A stretch of DNA of 64,000 bases, from assembly GCA_963726405.1 (NCBI GenBank), contig CAVSCF010000009.1, forward strand, positions 9,980 to 73,979, written 5' to 3'. Position 1 is the first letter of the stretch. Each line of letters starts with the position of its first letter. Both the position numbers and the translations under genes were made by a program. The notes beneath the pieces are model-generated. The model was not told the DNA's origin. It ran no database searches and worked only from the letters and a program-made list of their open reading frames with translations. The stretch is from an uncultured beta proteobacterium. Lineage in GTDB: Bacteria; Pseudomonadota; Gammaproteobacteria; Burkholderiales; Burkholderiaceae_F. Positions 19,874-32,522 of this stretch are shown piece by piece.

Positions 19874-22800
19874 GTGCGCCTTCGGCAGATCAAGCTCGCC
19901 GGGTTCAAGTCATTTGTCGACCCCACCCAGATCGACGTTCCCGGCAGCCTCGTCGGCGTCGTCGGTCCCAATGGTTGCGGCAAGTCCAACGTCATCGACG
20001 CCGTGCGCTGGGTGCTCGGCGAGAGCAAGGCGGCGGAACTGCGCGGCGAATCGATGCAGGACGTCATCTTCAACGGCTCGGTGAACCGCAAGCCGGGCGG
20101 CCGCGCCAGCGTCGAACTGGTGTTCGACAACCACGAGGGCCGCATCGGCGGCGCGTGGGGCCAGTACTCGGAGATCTCCGTCAAGCGCGTGCTCACGCGC
20201 GATGGCACCTCGGCCTACTACATCAACAACCAGAACGTTCGCCGGCGCGACGTGCAGGACATGTTCCTCGGCACCGGGCTGGGGCCGCGCGCCTACGCGA
20301 TCATCGGGCAGGGAATGATTTCCCGCATCGTCGAGGCGCGCCCCGAGGAACTGCGGATCTTCCTGGAGGAAGCCGCCGGCATCTCGAAGTACAAGGAACG
20401 CCGCCGCGAGACCGAGAACCGGCTCGCCGACACGCGCGACAACCTGACGCGCGTCGAAGATATCCTGCGCGAACTCGACGGCCAGATCGGCAAGCTCGAG
20501 CAGCAGGCCGAAGTGGCGCAGAAGTACCGGGGGCTGCAGGCGCAGCACGACGAGCAGCAGCAATTGCTGTGGCTCACACGCAAGCGCGAGGCAACGGCCG
20601 AGCAGCAGAAGGTGGCGCGCGACATCGAAAGCCGCACCATCGCGCTGGAGGCCCACATCGCCGAACTTCGCAGCGCCGAGCGTGCGCTGGAGGAAGTGCG
20701 GGCGTCGCATTTCGCATCGAGCGACGCGGTGCACGAAGCGCAGGGCAGGCTCTTCCAGGTGAATGCGGAAGTGTCGCGACTCGAATCCGAGATCCGGATG
20801 ATCGTCGACGGGCGGACGCGGCTGGCGACGCAGGTCGAGTCGCTGAAGGCGACGCGCGAGCGCCGGCTTCAGGAGCGCACCGAATTGCTGGCACGCGTCG
20901 AGGAACTGAGCCGCTCGATCGCCGACACCACGGAGCGGCTGGCCGAGTCCCGCCAGCGGGTCGCCGAGCACGAAGGCCGCCTGCCCGGATTCGAGCAAGC
21001 GTACGGAGCGGCGCGCGAGGCGATGACGGCGGCGCGCGCCGTCGCCGCGCAGGCCGAGCAGGCCATTGAAGCGGCAGCCTCCGAGCAGCGCAACCTCGAC
21101 CGCCAACTGGTGGCGCTCGCGCAGCGTCGCGACCGCCTGAACGAAGAGCGCACGTCCATCGGCAGCCCGGACGAGGCGCGGCTCGCCGACCTGAAGGCCC
21201 AGGTGACGCGCCTGCAATCCGAACTGGCCACCGCGACCGCGGAGCAGCAGCGCTCGGAGCAGCAGGTCGCGGCAGGGATCGAGGAACGCTCCCGGCAACT
21301 CGACGCGCGCGTGAAGCAGACCGAGGCGCTGACGCGCCTCGAGGCGCGTCTGGCGGCGTTGAAGCAGGTACAGGCCAACGTCGAGGCGAACGAGAAGCTC
21401 GATCCGTGGCTGCGTGGGCAGGGCCTCGAAGGACTGCCGCGCCTGTTCCGCAAGCTGTCGGTCGAGGCGGGCTGGGAAACCGCCTTCGAGGGCGTGCTGC
21501 GCGAGCGCGTCGAGAGCGTGGAGGTGGGCCGCCTCGACACGGTGGCCGGCCTCGCGGTCAACGCGCCGCCGGCGCGGGTCGCCTTCTATTCGACGTCCGC
21601 GGCCGTGGTGCGCGATGGCGGCCACATCCCGGGCTTCGGCCGACTCAGCGACCTGGTCCGCGGTCACGACGCCGCCCTCGCCGCGGTGCTGGCCGACTGG
21701 CTGGCCAACGTCTTCGTCGCGACCGATCTCGCGACCGCGCTGGCCGCGCGGGACCAGTTGCCCCCGGGTGGGCAGTTCGTCGTCAAGGCGGGGCACCTGG
21801 TGTCCCGCTACGGCGTGCGTTTCTTCGCGGCGGACGACCAGAAGTCCGGCCTGCTTGCGCGCCGGCTCGAGATCGAGAACCTCGACAAGGAAATCCGTGC
21901 CCAGCGCCTGATCGTCGAGGAGGCGACGGGCGCCGTGGCGCGCGCGGAGGCGACGCTGCGCCACGCGCAGGAAAGCCAGGAGGCGTCGCGACGCGACGTC
22001 GAGCGCCTGCGCACGCAGCTGCACAGCGCGCAGATCGAGGCGGTGCGACTGGGCGAGCTGATCGATCGCGTCAGGCATCGCAGCGGGCAGATCGATGCCG
22101 AGCTCACCGAGATCGAGGCGAACGACCGCGAACTGCGCAGCCAGCGTGGCGAAGCGGACGGCCGCTTCGAGCAGTTCGACGCCGAGCTGGCAACGCACCA
22201 GGAGAAGGTCGAGAACGCGCGCCTGGCGTACGAGCAGGCGGACCAGGCCCTGCGCGCGGCACGCGACGACCAGCGCACGCTCGAGTCGGCGCGGCAGCAG
22301 CTCGAGTTCACGCTGACGTCGAGCCGCGAGCGGCAGCTCGACGTGCAGCACGCGGCGGAAACCGCGGGCAGCGAGGCCGGGCGCCTGGAGGTCGACATCG
22401 CGGCGGCGACCGCCGAACTGGCCCGCCTCGACGACAGCGCCGCGCGCGCCGGTCTCGACACCTGGCTGTCGCAGCGCTCGAGCGCGGACGAGGGGCTGCG
22501 CGAGGCGCGCAGTCGCATGGACGAGCTTGCGCAGCAGCTGAAGGCGACCGACGAGAAGCGCATGACGCTCGAGCGGGACGTGCAGCCGAAGCGCGACAAG
22601 GTCACCGAGCTGCAACTGAAGGAACAGGCCGCGCGCCTGTCCGCCGAGCAGTTCGCGCAGCAGCTGGCCGAGGCCCAGGCGGACGAGGCCGCCCTCGAGG
22701 CCCGGCTGACACCGCAGATGCGCGCCAACGCGCTGCAGGCCGAGATCACCCGCCTCGCCGAGGAAATCACGGCGCTGGGCGCGGTGAATCTCGCCGCGCT

Positions 22801-23395
22801 CGACGAGCTCACGACGTCCCGCGAGCGCAAGGCCTTCCTCGATGCCCAGTCCGCGGACCTGAGGGCGGCCATCACGACGCTCGAGGATGCGATCCGCAAG
22901 ATCGACCGCGAGACCCGCGAGATGCTGCAGCAGACCTTCGACCAGGTGAACGCGCAGTTCGGCCTGCTCTTCCCGACGCTGTTCGGCGGCGGCGAGGCGC
23001 GCCTGATCATGACCGGCGAGGAGATTCTCGATGCCGGCGTGCAGGTCATGGCGCAGCCGCCCGGCAAGCGCAACAGCACCATCCACCTGCTGTCCGGGGG
23101 CGAGAAGGCGCTGACGGCCACTGCGCTGGTGTTCGCGCTGTTCAAGCTCAACCCCGCGCCGTTCTGCCTGCTCGACGAGGTCGACGCCCCGCTCGACGAC
23201 GCCAACACCGACCGCTTCTGCCGGCTGGTGCAGTCGATGACCGACAACACGCAGTTCCTCTTCATCACGCACAACAAGATTGCGATGGAGATGGCGCAGC
23301 AGCTGATCGGCGTCACGATGCAGGAGCAGGGCGTCTCGCGCATCGTGGCGGTCGACATCGACAGCGCGGTGCGGCTCACGGCCGAGGCGGCGTAG
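19874..23395 (+). CDS. smc: chromosome segregation protein SMC
   Basis: The 1173-aa ORF has an N-terminal Walker A GPNGCGKSN, long coiled coils, a hinge, the C-terminal LSGGEKALTA signature and a Walker B LLDEVDAPLD. Confidence 0.95.
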   Translation: MRLRQIKLAGFKSFVDPTQIDVPGSLVGVVGPNGCGKSNVIDAVRWVLGESKAAELRGESMQDVIFNGSVNRKPGGRASVELVFDNHEGRIGGAWGQYSEISVKRVLTRDGTSAYYINNQNVRRRDVQDMFLGTGLGPRAYAIIGQGMISRIVEARPEELRIFLEEAAGISKYKERRRETENRLADTRDNLTRVEDILRELDGQIGKLEQQAEVAQKYRGLQAQHDEQQQLLWLTRKREATAEQQKVARDIESRTIALEAHIAELRSAERALEEVRASHFASSDAVHEAQGRLFQVNAEVSRLESEIRMIVDGRTRLATQVESLKATRERRLQERTELLARVEELSRSIADTTERLAESRQRVAEHEGRLPGFEQAYGAAREAMTAARAVAAQAEQAIEAAASEQRNLDRQLVALAQRRDRLNEERTSIGSPDEARLADLKAQVTRLQSELATATAEQQRSEQQVAAGIEERSRQLDARVKQTEALTRLEARLAALKQVQANVEANEKLDPWLRGQGLEGLPRLFRKLSVEAGWETAFEGVLRERVESVEVGRLDTVAGLAVNAPPARVAFYSTSAAVVRDGGHIPGFGRLSDLVRGHDAALAAVLADWLANVFVATDLATALAARDQLPPGGQFVVKAGHLVSRYGVRFFAADDQKSGLLARRLEIENLDKEIRAQRLIVEEATGAVARAEATLRHAQESQEASRRDVERLRTQLHSAQIEAVRLGELIDRVRHRSGQIDAELTEIEANDRELRSQRGEADGRFEQFDAELATHQEKVENARLAYEQADQALRAARDDQRTLESARQQLEFTLTSSRERQLDVQHAAETAGSEAGRLEVDIAAATAELARLDDSAARAGLDTWLSQRSSADEGLREARSRMDELAQQLKATDEKRMTLERDVQPKRDKVTELQLKEQAARLSAEQFAQQLAEAQADEAALEARLTPQMRANALQAEITRLAEEITALGAVNLAALDELTTSRERKAFLDAQSADLRAAITTLEDAIRKIDRETREMLQQTFDQVNAQFGLLFPTLFGGGEARLIMTGEEILDAGVQVMAQPPGKRNSTIHLLSGGEKALTATALVFALFKLNPAPFCLLDEVDAPLDDANTDRFCRLVQSMTDNTQFLFITHNKIAMEMAQQLIGVTMQEQGVSRIVAVDIDSAVRLTAEAA

Positions 23396-23402
23396 CCACG
23401 CC

Positions 23403-24479
23403 ATGAACAATCTCCACGTCGTGCTGCTGGCGATCGGCGCGGTCCTGCTGGTGGCGCTGTTCGCCTACAACAAGTGGCAGGAGCGTCAGGCGCTCAAGCG
23501 CATGGATGCGTCGATGCGACAGGGCGTCGGCGACGCGCTGCTGGGAGAAACGCTGCCACGCCGGACGGCCGCGCGCATCGAGCCGAGGCTCGATGGCGGT
23601 GAGGGTGCGGCGCCGGCCGAGGCGCAGGGCCACGCGGATTCCGCCGAACCGACGGACCTCGTGGCGCCGCCGGGCGCTCCCCACGTGGACGGCTGGGCCG
23701 AAGATCCGTTGCTCGACTTCGTGCTCGAACTGCGTTGCAGCCACGCCTTCGACGGTGTCGCCGCGCTCGAGGCGCGCGCGCAGCTCGACCGCCTCGCGCT
23801 GCCGCTGCCGACGCACCTCGCGGTGTGGGATCCGAGGGCGCAGCACTGGACGGCGCCCGACCGCTTCGGCTTCTACTCGGAGGTGCTGGCCTCGGTGCAG
23901 ATGGCCACGCGGCGGCAGATGCTGAGCGAGATCGAGGCTTCGCGCTTCGTCTCGGCCGTGCAGCAGATCGCGCTCACGATCGACGCCGACTTCGACGCGC
24001 CGGAAATGGGCCGGCTCGTCGCGCAGGCCTCGGAGCTCGACGCGCTGTGCGCGCGGTTCGACGTGCAGATCACCTTGACGCTGGAGGCTCAGGGCGGCCC
24101 GATGGACGGGGCGGTCGTCCAGGCCGCTGCCGAGGACGCGGGCTTCGCGGCGGGGGTTCCCGGGCAGTGGCAGAAGCGCGACGCCCAGGGACGTCTCCTG
24201 TCCACACTCACGGCGGCCTCGCTCCTTGCCGACCGGCTGGCACTCACGCTCGACGTGCCTCTCGCGCCGGGCGACAGCAGTGCGCTGGCCGCACTGTTCA
24301 CCGCCGCGCATCAGCTCGCCGCGCGCCTGAATGCACGCATCGTCGACGACAACGGCCGTCCGGTGGACGCCAACGCGCAGGGCACCATCGGCGCCGAACT
24401 CGAGAAGCTGTACGAGGAGATGCGCGCGGCCGGCATCGAGCCCGGCGGACCGCGCGCGCAGCGCCTCTACGCGGTCGCC

Positions 24480-24482
<3 letters not shown>
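23403..24482 (+). CDS. zipA: cell division protein ZipA
   Basis: The 359-aa ORF has an N-terminal TM anchor (LHVVLLAIGAVLLVALFAY), a charged linker and a C-terminal globular domain. It follows the conserved smc-zipA-ligA order. Confidence 0.85.
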
Positions 24483-26786
<2,304 letters not shown>

Positions 26787-27533
26787 GTGTACGCAATCAT
26801 CGGCGGCAGCGGATTGGCGAAGCTCACGGCGCTCGAGGCGCCGCGGCGTCAGGTCATGCGCACTCCGTACGGCGAGCCCTCGGGCGCGCTGACCTTCGGC
26901 CGCCTCGCCGGGGCCGACGTCGTGTTCCTCGCGCGGCACGGCTACGGGCACCGGATCGCGCCGCACGAGATCAACTACCGCGCCAACATCTGGGCGCTGA
27001 AGGAACTGAAGGTCGACGGGGTCATCTCCGTGGCCACGGTGGGCGGAATCCGGGCGGACCTCGGTCCCGGCGTTCTGGTGCTGCCGCACCAGATCATCGA
27101 CTACACGCACAGCCGCAAGTCGACGTTCTTCGAGGGCTCCGAGAACCCGGTCATCCATGTCGACTTCACGCTTCCCTATACGGCGCCGTTGCGGGCGGGG
27201 CTGCTCGCCGCGGCCGCCGCATGCGGCGAGCCCCTGATCGACGGCGGGGTCTACGCCTGCACCCAGGGGCCGCGGCTCGAGACCGCGGCGGAGATCGAGC
27301 GCATCGCGCGCGACGGCGGGCACATGGTGGGCATGACCGGAATGCCGGAAGCGGTGCTGGCGCGCGAGGTGGGCCTGGCCTACGCGACGCTCGGCGTCGT
27401 GGTCAATCATGCGGCGGGCTTCGGCACCAGCAAGGACGCGATCCTGCTCGACGAACTCGACCGCGTGATGAGCGTGACGGTCACGCGCGCGGTGCGCATC
27501 CTGATGGCGTTCGTCGGCGGGGCGCGCGCGTGA
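26787..27533 (+). CDS. S-methyl-5'-thioadenosine / thioinosine phosphorylase (PNP family)
   Basis: The 248-aa ORF has a GTG start directly after the ligA stop. Reads [35 protein letters not shown].. Confidence 0.88.
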   Translation: MYAIIGGSGLAKLTALEAPRRQVMRTPYGEPSGALTFGRLAGADVVFLARHGYGHRIAPHEINYRANIWALKELKVDGVISVATVGGIRADLGPGVLVLPHQIIDYTHSRKSTFFEGSENPVIHVDFTLPYTAPLRAGLLAAAAACGEPLIDGGVYACTQGPRLETAAEIERIARDGGHMVGMTGMPEAVLAREVGLAYATLGVVVNHAAGFGTSKDAILLDELDRVMSVTVTRAVRILMAFVGGARA

Positions 27534-28075
27534 TCCGCGAGATCCTTCGCATGGGCGATCCGCGCCTGCTGCGCGTGTCCGAACCCGTCCGCGACTTCGG
27601 CGCGCCGGAACTGCGCACGCTCGTCGACGACATGTTCGAAACCATGCAGGCGGCCAGCGGCGCAGGGCTGGCGGCCCCGCAGATCGGCGTGCCGCTGCGC
27701 CTGGTCATCTTTGGCTACACCGATGCATCGGCGCGCAACCCGCGCTACCCGGATGCCGACCCCGTCCCGCGGACGATCCTGATCAATCCGGTACTGGAGC
27801 CTTTGACCGACGAGATGGAAGAGGGCTGGGAGGGCTGCCTGTCCGTCCCCGGACTGCGCGGCGTCGTGCCCAGGATCCGGAGGTTGCGCTACAGCGGCTA
27901 CGACATCGACGGACAGCGGATCGAGCGCATCGCCGACGGGTTCCATGCGCGCGTCGTGCAGCACGAATGCGACCACCTCGACGGCATTCTCTATCCAATG
28001 CGCGTCGAGGACTTCAGCCGCTTTGGCTTCACGGACGTGCTGTTCCCGGAACTGGCCGGGCAGAGCGACGACTAG
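27530..28075 (+). CDS. def: peptide deformylase
   Basis: The GTG at 27530 overlaps the previous stop (GTGA). The three PDF motifs are present: [18 protein letters not shown] and HECDHLDG. Confidence 0.92.
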   Translation: MIREILRMGDPRLLRVSEPVRDFGAPELRTLVDDMFETMQAASGAGLAAPQIGVPLRLVIFGYTDASARNPRYPDADPVPRTILINPVLEPLTDEMEEGWEGCLSVPGLRGVVPRIRRLRYSGYDIDGQRIERIADGFHARVVQHECDHLDGILYPMRVEDFSRFGFTDVLFPELAGQSDD

Positions 28076-28129
28076 ACATGGGTACGGCCTTTTCGGCCTC
28101 TGAGTCCAGGTCGCCCACTTGTTGTTGCG

Positions 28130-28147
28130 GTAGCACATCAGTGCTAC
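28130..28147 (+). promoter_or_regulatory. candidate antitoxin operator (perfect 7-4-7 palindrome)
   Basis: GTAGCAC-ATCA-GTGCTAC lies 30 nt upstream of the antitoxin ATG. Confidence 0.45.
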
Positions 28148-28176
28148 AGTCAACGAAACTGCGACGCGGAGTTCCC

Positions 28177-28461
28177 ATGTCCACGACCACGATCCGAATC
28201 GATGATGCCCTGAAGGCCCGAGTGGCCGCGGCAGCCGAACGTGCAGGAAAGACCGCCCACAGCTTCATCCTCGATGCCATCGCTCAAACGGTAGAGCAGG
28301 CCGAACTGACGGATAGCTTCCACCACGAGGCGGACGAGCGTTGGGCCAGGATTCTCTCCAAGGGAAAGACGGTTGCTTGGGATGAAATGAGGGCCTACCT
28401 TGCTGCACGCGCGACCGGGAAGGCACCACCGAAACCGCGCTCCCGGAAGCTGGCTCGGTAG
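28177..28461 (+). CDS. ribbon-helix-helix (CopG/Arc-type) antitoxin
   Basis: The 94-aa ORF MSTTTIRIDDALKARVAAAAERAGKTAHSFILDAIAQ.. has an RHH N-terminus and lies 8 nt upstream of a ParE-family toxin. Confidence 0.8.
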   Translation: MSTTTIRIDDALKARVAAAAERAGKTAHSFILDAIAQTVEQAELTDSFHHEADERWARILSKGKTVAWDEMRAYLAARATGKAPPKPRSRKLAR

Positions 28462-28468
28462 CACGTTC

Positions 28469-28768
28469 ATGGCCCGGATCGAGGCAGCGCCCGAGATCTT
28501 CGATGACTTCGACAGGATCTTCGATCACCTCGCGCAGTTCGACGTCGCCGCCGCGTCAGCTCGAATCGAAGAAATCCTTCAAGCCGTGCGGGTCTTGGCG
28601 AGCAGCCCGCATATCGGGCGGCCGGCCAAAGGCAGTACGCGCGAGTTGGTGATCGGGCGAGGAGCGGCAGGCTACGTCGCGTTGTATCGCTATGTGCCTG
28701 AGATCGATACGGTCTTCGTGCTTGCCGTCCGCAGCCAGCGCGAGGCTGGATTTCTGCGTGAACCGTAG
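28469..28768 (+). CDS. type II toxin, RelE/ParE family
   Basis: The 99-aa ORF reads MARIEAAPEIFDDFDRIFDHLAQFD..SPHIGRP...TRELVIGRGAAGYVALYRY..DTVFVLAVRSQREAGF. Confidence 0.8.
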   Translation: MARIEAAPEIFDDFDRIFDHLAQFDVAAASARIEEILQAVRVLASSPHIGRPAKGSTRELVIGRGAAGYVALYRYVPEIDTVFVLAVRSQREAGFLREP

Positions 28769-28816
28769 TTCCTGCCACCAGGGAGACCTCGGGCGATTGG
28801 AGCCGATTCGTTCGGT

Positions 28817-31372
28817 TCAGGGCGCGATCGCCTCGAGCAGGTCGCCCTCGATCTCGAGTTGCGTCTTCGCGTCGCTCAGTTCCGCCCCGGAAATCAGGAA
28901 GACGTCCTCGGCGCGTTCGCCGAGCGTCAGAACCTTGGCGGTGTGGACGACGAGCCGGTGCTGCGCGAGCACGCGGGCGATCGAATAGAGCAGGCCCAGG
29001 CGGTCGGTGGCGGTCACGGTCAGGAGATAGCGCGGACCGCTTTCGTCGGGTTGCAGGTGAACACTCGGCGCCACGGGAAAATGGCGCGATTGCCGCGACA
29101 TGCGGCCCTTCATTGGCGTCGGCAGTTCGTGCTGCTTGCCGATCCAGTCGGCCAGTTCGTGCTCCACCTGGCTCAGCAGTTCGCGGTAGTGCGGACTGCG
29201 GCCGTTGTCGGTGACCAGGAACGTGTCGAGCGCGTACCCGTGGCGGGTCGTGTGGATGCGCGCATCGAGAATGCTGAGGTTGCGGCTCTCGAAGTAGCCG
29301 CAGACCCGCGCGAAGAGGTCCTTCTGGTCCTTCACGTAGATGAGCACCTCGGCGCCTTCGCCGATGCGTGCCAGCCGCGCCCGCACCACCGGCTTCGCGG
29401 TGTTCACCCGGGCGAAGAGCGAGCGCGTGTGCCAGGCGATGTCCTGCGCGCTGTGGCGCAGGAAGTAGACGACGTCGAACTGGTCCCACAGCTCGTTGCG
29501 CGCGTCGTCCGACAGTCCGTACAGGCGCAGGATGTGCAGTGCTTCCTGCTTGCGCCCTTCGAGCACCGCCGAGGGCGCCACGGTGCCGCCGCCCAGCAGC
29601 CGTCGCGTCGATCGGAAGAGATCCTCCAGCAGCTTGCCCTTCCACGCGTTCCACACCTTCGGGCTGGTGCCGCGGATGTCCGCGACCGTCAGCAGGTACA
29701 GCGCGACGAGGGCGCGTTCCGACTTCACGACGTCGGCGAACCGGTGGATCACCTTTTCGTCGGCGAGATCCTGCTTCTGAGCCACGGTCGACATCGTCAG
29801 GTGGTGCCGGACGAGGAACCCGACGAAGTCGGCCTCATCACGGTCGAGCCCATGGTCGCGGCAGAAGCGACGCGCGTCGCGCGCGCCGAGTTCGCTGTGG
29901 TCGCCGCCGCGGCCCTTGGCGATGTCGTGGAAGAGGGCGGCGATGTACAGCAGCCACGGCTTCTCGAAATCGGCGATGAGCTGACTGCACAGCGGATACT
30001 CATGCGCGTACTCGGCGAGCGAGAAGCGCCTCAGGTTGCGCAGCACCTGCAGGATGTGCTGATCGACCGTGTAGACGTGAAACAGGTCGTGCTGCATCTG
30101 CCCCACGATGCGGCGGAACACCGGCAGGTAGCGCCCGAGCACCGACAGCTGGTTCATGCGGCGCAACTCGTGCAGCACGCCCTTGGGCTGCTGCAGCAGC
30201 TCGAGGAAGGTCGCGCGGTTGCGCCGTTCGCGCCGGTAGGCCCCATCGATGGTCAGGCGGGCGTGCCACAGGGCGCGCATCAGCCGCGGGGACATGCCCT
30301 TGAGCTCCTGGTGCTTCGCCTTCAGGAGGAAGGCCCGCAGGATGCCGTTCGGGTCGCGCTCCAGCACCGTTTCGTCGTCGATGTCGAGCAGCTCGCCACG
30401 CGCGACGAATGTCTCGTCGAGCGGCACGCCGGGGCCGTGCTCCCGGGCGTAGACGCGCTGCTCGATGTTGAGCAGCACGGCGGTGTTCATCTGCGTGATG
30501 ACCTTCGCCGAGCGGTAGTAGTGCTGCATCAGCAGTTCGCTGGCGCGCTTGGCCTGGGTCGGCTGGAAGCCGGCCTGCAGCGCGACCGCGTTCTGGATGT
30601 CGAAGACGAGGCGGTCTTCGCGGCGGCCGGTCACGAGGTGCAGGCGCGCGCGGATCTCCTTCACGCGGCGCTCGGACAGCCGGATGATGTTCGCCTCTGC
30701 CGCCGTGAGCAGCCCCCGGCGCGCCAGTTCGCCCCAGTGCGTGCCGTAGCCCACGGCCCGGGCGATCCACAGCACGACGTGCAGGTCGCGCAGGCCACCG
30801 GGGCTCTCCTTGACGTTCGGCTCGAGGCTGTACGGGGTCTCGTTGTACTTCGTGTGGCGCTGCTGCTGTTCCAGCACCTTGGCCTGGAAATACGCCTCGC
30901 GATCCACGGCGCCAACGACCGCCCGCGAAAAGCTTTCGAACTGACGACGGGAACCGGCGATCAGCCGCGACTCGAGCATCGACGTGAGCACGGTGACGTC
31001 CCGCGCCGCTTCTTCGCGGCACTCCTCGAGCGTGCGCACGCTGTGGCCCAGCGCGAGCCCGAGGTCCCAGAGCAGCCCGACGAGGTTCTCGATGGTCGCG
31101 CGGTCCGCCTCGTTGGGCGCCTGCCTCAGCAGGATCAGGACGTCGACGTCCGAATGGGGGAAGAGTTCGCCGCGGCCGTAGCCGCCCACGGCGATCAGCG
31201 AAGCGCGCCGGGTGATGCCGCTCGCCTCGGCGACTTCCCGCAGCAGGTGATCGACCGCCCGTGCGAGGCCGTGCAGCAGGGCGTCAACCGAGCCGCCCGC
31301 GTTGAACTTCGCGACCAACGCATCGCGTTCCTGCCGCAGCCGATCGCGCAGCTTGAACGCGCCGTCGTTCAT
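28817..31372 (-). CDS. glnD: [protein-PII] uridylyltransferase / uridylyl-removing enzyme
   Basis: The 851-aa ORF has a nucleotidyltransferase motif (GGYGRGELFPHSDVDVLIL), an HD domain (LFHDIAKGRGGDH) and two C-terminal ACT domains. Confidence 0.95.
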   Translation of the reverse strand: MNDGAFKLRDRLRQERDALVAKFNAGGSVDALLHGLARAVDHLLREVAEASGITRRASLIAVGGYGRGELFPHSDVDVLILLRQAPNEADRATIENLVGLLWDLGLALGHSVRTLEECREEAARDVTVLTSMLESRLIAGSRRQFESFSRAVVGAVDREAYFQAKVLEQQQRHTKYNETPYSLEPNVKESPGGLRDLHVVLWIARAVGYGTHWGELARRGLLTAAEANIIRLSERRVKEIRARLHLVTGRREDRLVFDIQNAVALQAGFQPTQAKRASELLMQHYYRSAKVITQMNTAVLLNIEQRVYAREHGPGVPLDETFVARGELLDIDDETVLERDPNGILRAFLLKAKHQELKGMSPRLMRALWHARLTIDGAYRRERRNRATFLELLQQPKGVLHELRRMNQLSVLGRYLPVFRRIVGQMQHDLFHVYTVDQHILQVLRNLRRFSLAEYAHEYPLCSQLIADFEKPWLLYIAALFHDIAKGRGGDHSELGARDARRFCRDHGLDRDEADFVGFLVRHHLTMSTVAQKQDLADEKVIHRFADVVKSERALVALYLLTVADIRGTSPKVWNAWKGKLLEDLFRSTRRLLGGGTVAPSAVLEGRKQEALHILRLYGLSDDARNELWDQFDVVYFLRHSAQDIAWHTRSLFARVNTAKPVVRARLARIGEGAEVLIYVKDQKDLFARVCGYFESRNLSILDARIHTTRHGYALDTFLVTDNGRSPHYRELLSQVEHELADWIGKQHELPTPMKGRMSRQSRHFPVAPSVHLQPDESGPRYLLTVTATDRLGLLYSIARVLAQHRLVVHTAKVLTLGERAEDVFLISGAELSDAKTQLEIEGDLLEAIAP

Positions 31373-31376
31373 CGAC

Positions 31377-32204
31377 TCACGCCGTGGCGGGCTCGGAGGC
31401 CGGCCGTTCGATGAACGCCGGGGGCGGCGGGGTCCCGGCCGAGACGGTCAGCACCTCGTAGCCGGAGGCCGTGACGAGCACCGTGTGCTCCCATTGGGCG
31501 GACAGGCTGTGGTCCTTGGTGACGATGGTCCAGCCGTCCGCCAGTTCCTTGATCTCGCGGCGGCCGGCATTGATCATCGGCTCGACCGTGAAGATCATCC
31601 CGGCGGAGAGCTTCTCGAGCGTGCCCGGCTTGCCGTAGTGCAGGATCTGCGGCTCCTCGTGGAACTTGCGGCCGATGCCGTGACCGCAGAATTCGCGCAC
31701 GACGCTGAAGCCGTTCTTCTCGGCATGGGTCTGGATCGCGTGCCCGATGTCGCCGATGGTCGCCCCCGCGCGCACCTGCTGGATGCCGAGCCACATGCAC
31801 TCGTACGTGACGTCGGACAACCGACGCGCGCCGATCGAGGGCTCGCCCACGAAGAACATGCGGCTGGTGTCCCCGTGGTAGCCGTCCTTGATCACCGTGA
31901 TGTCGATGTTCACCACGTCCCCGCTCTTCAGCAGCCGGTCACCCGGGATGCCGTGACAGACCTGGTGGTTCACCGAGGTGCAGATCGACTTCGGGAAGGG
32001 CCGGTACCCGGGCGGGGCGTAGTTCAGCGGCGCCGGAACCGTTCCCTGCACGCCGACCATGTAGTCGTGGCACAGGCGGTCCAGCTCTCCGGTGGTCACG
32101 CCCGGCCGCACGTGGGGGGTGACGAAGTCGAGCACTTCCGCGGCCAGGCGGCCGGCCAGGCGCATGCCCTCGATGTCTTCCGGGGTCTTGATGACGATGG
32201 GCAT
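31377..32204 (-). CDS. map: type I methionine aminopeptidase
   Basis: Internal ATG at 32204. Reads MPIVIKTPEDIEGMRLAGRL..NHQVCHGIP..DITV..GYHGD..GHGIG..FTVEPM..EHTV. Confidence 0.95.
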   Translation of the reverse strand: MPIVIKTPEDIEGMRLAGRLAAEVLDFVTPHVRPGVTTGELDRLCHDYMVGVQGTVPAPLNYAPPGYRPFPKSICTSVNHQVCHGIPGDRLLKSGDVVNIDITVIKDGYHGDTSRMFFVGEPSIGARRLSDVTYECMWLGIQQVRAGATIGDIGHAIQTHAEKNGFSVVREFCGHGIGRKFHEEPQILHYGKPGTLEKLSAGMIFTVEPMINAGRREIKELADGWTIVTKDHSLSAQWEHTVLVTASGYEVLTVSAGTPPPPAFIERPASEPATA

Positions 32205-32225
32205 GGTGGGGGTCGGAACCTCAAC

Positions 32226-32255
32226 TTGAGCACTGCGTACGAAGGTGGCTATAAT
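32226..32255 (+). promoter_or_regulatory. sigma70-like promoter candidate for rpsB-tsf
   Basis: TTGAGC-N18-TATAAT, about 270 nt upstream of the rpsB ATG. This is the best -10 match in the map/rpsB divergent region. Confidence 0.5.
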
Positions 32256-32522
32256 ATCGGGCTGTCTGGTCGCTTGAAAATCAATCACTTGGAATCTTGT
32301 TGCTGCCAGGTGAAAAAGCGCCCACTGGATAGAAGCGGGGAGCAGAAGCGGCGCCGGAACTTAGTCTGCCGGTCGCCTTTTCGGTTCCGCCTTCCGTTTC
32401 AGTGAGGCCAGGCAGAAATCGCGCGCAGCGCCACCAAGGTGCGGGTGTCCCGAACAGGTGTACGAACACCGGTCGGCCCCGCCTCGGCGTCTGCGTTGGA
32501 CCCAACCTTGGAAAGGAAAGTC

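Noticed and set aside
19910-23410. Very long antisense or out-of-frame ORFs. Examples are 1166 aa opposite smc, 48886-52806 (1306 aa), 28859-31414 (851 aa opposite glnD), 33373-36042 (889 aa), 24747-27410 (887 aa), 21406-23406, and 1472-2911.
   Set aside because: Their Arg/Ala/Gly/Pro-rich, low-complexity translations are typical of stop-codon-poor alternative frames in high-GC DNA. Each lies opposite or out of frame with a gene whose product is recognisable full-length, and none shows a recognisable domain.
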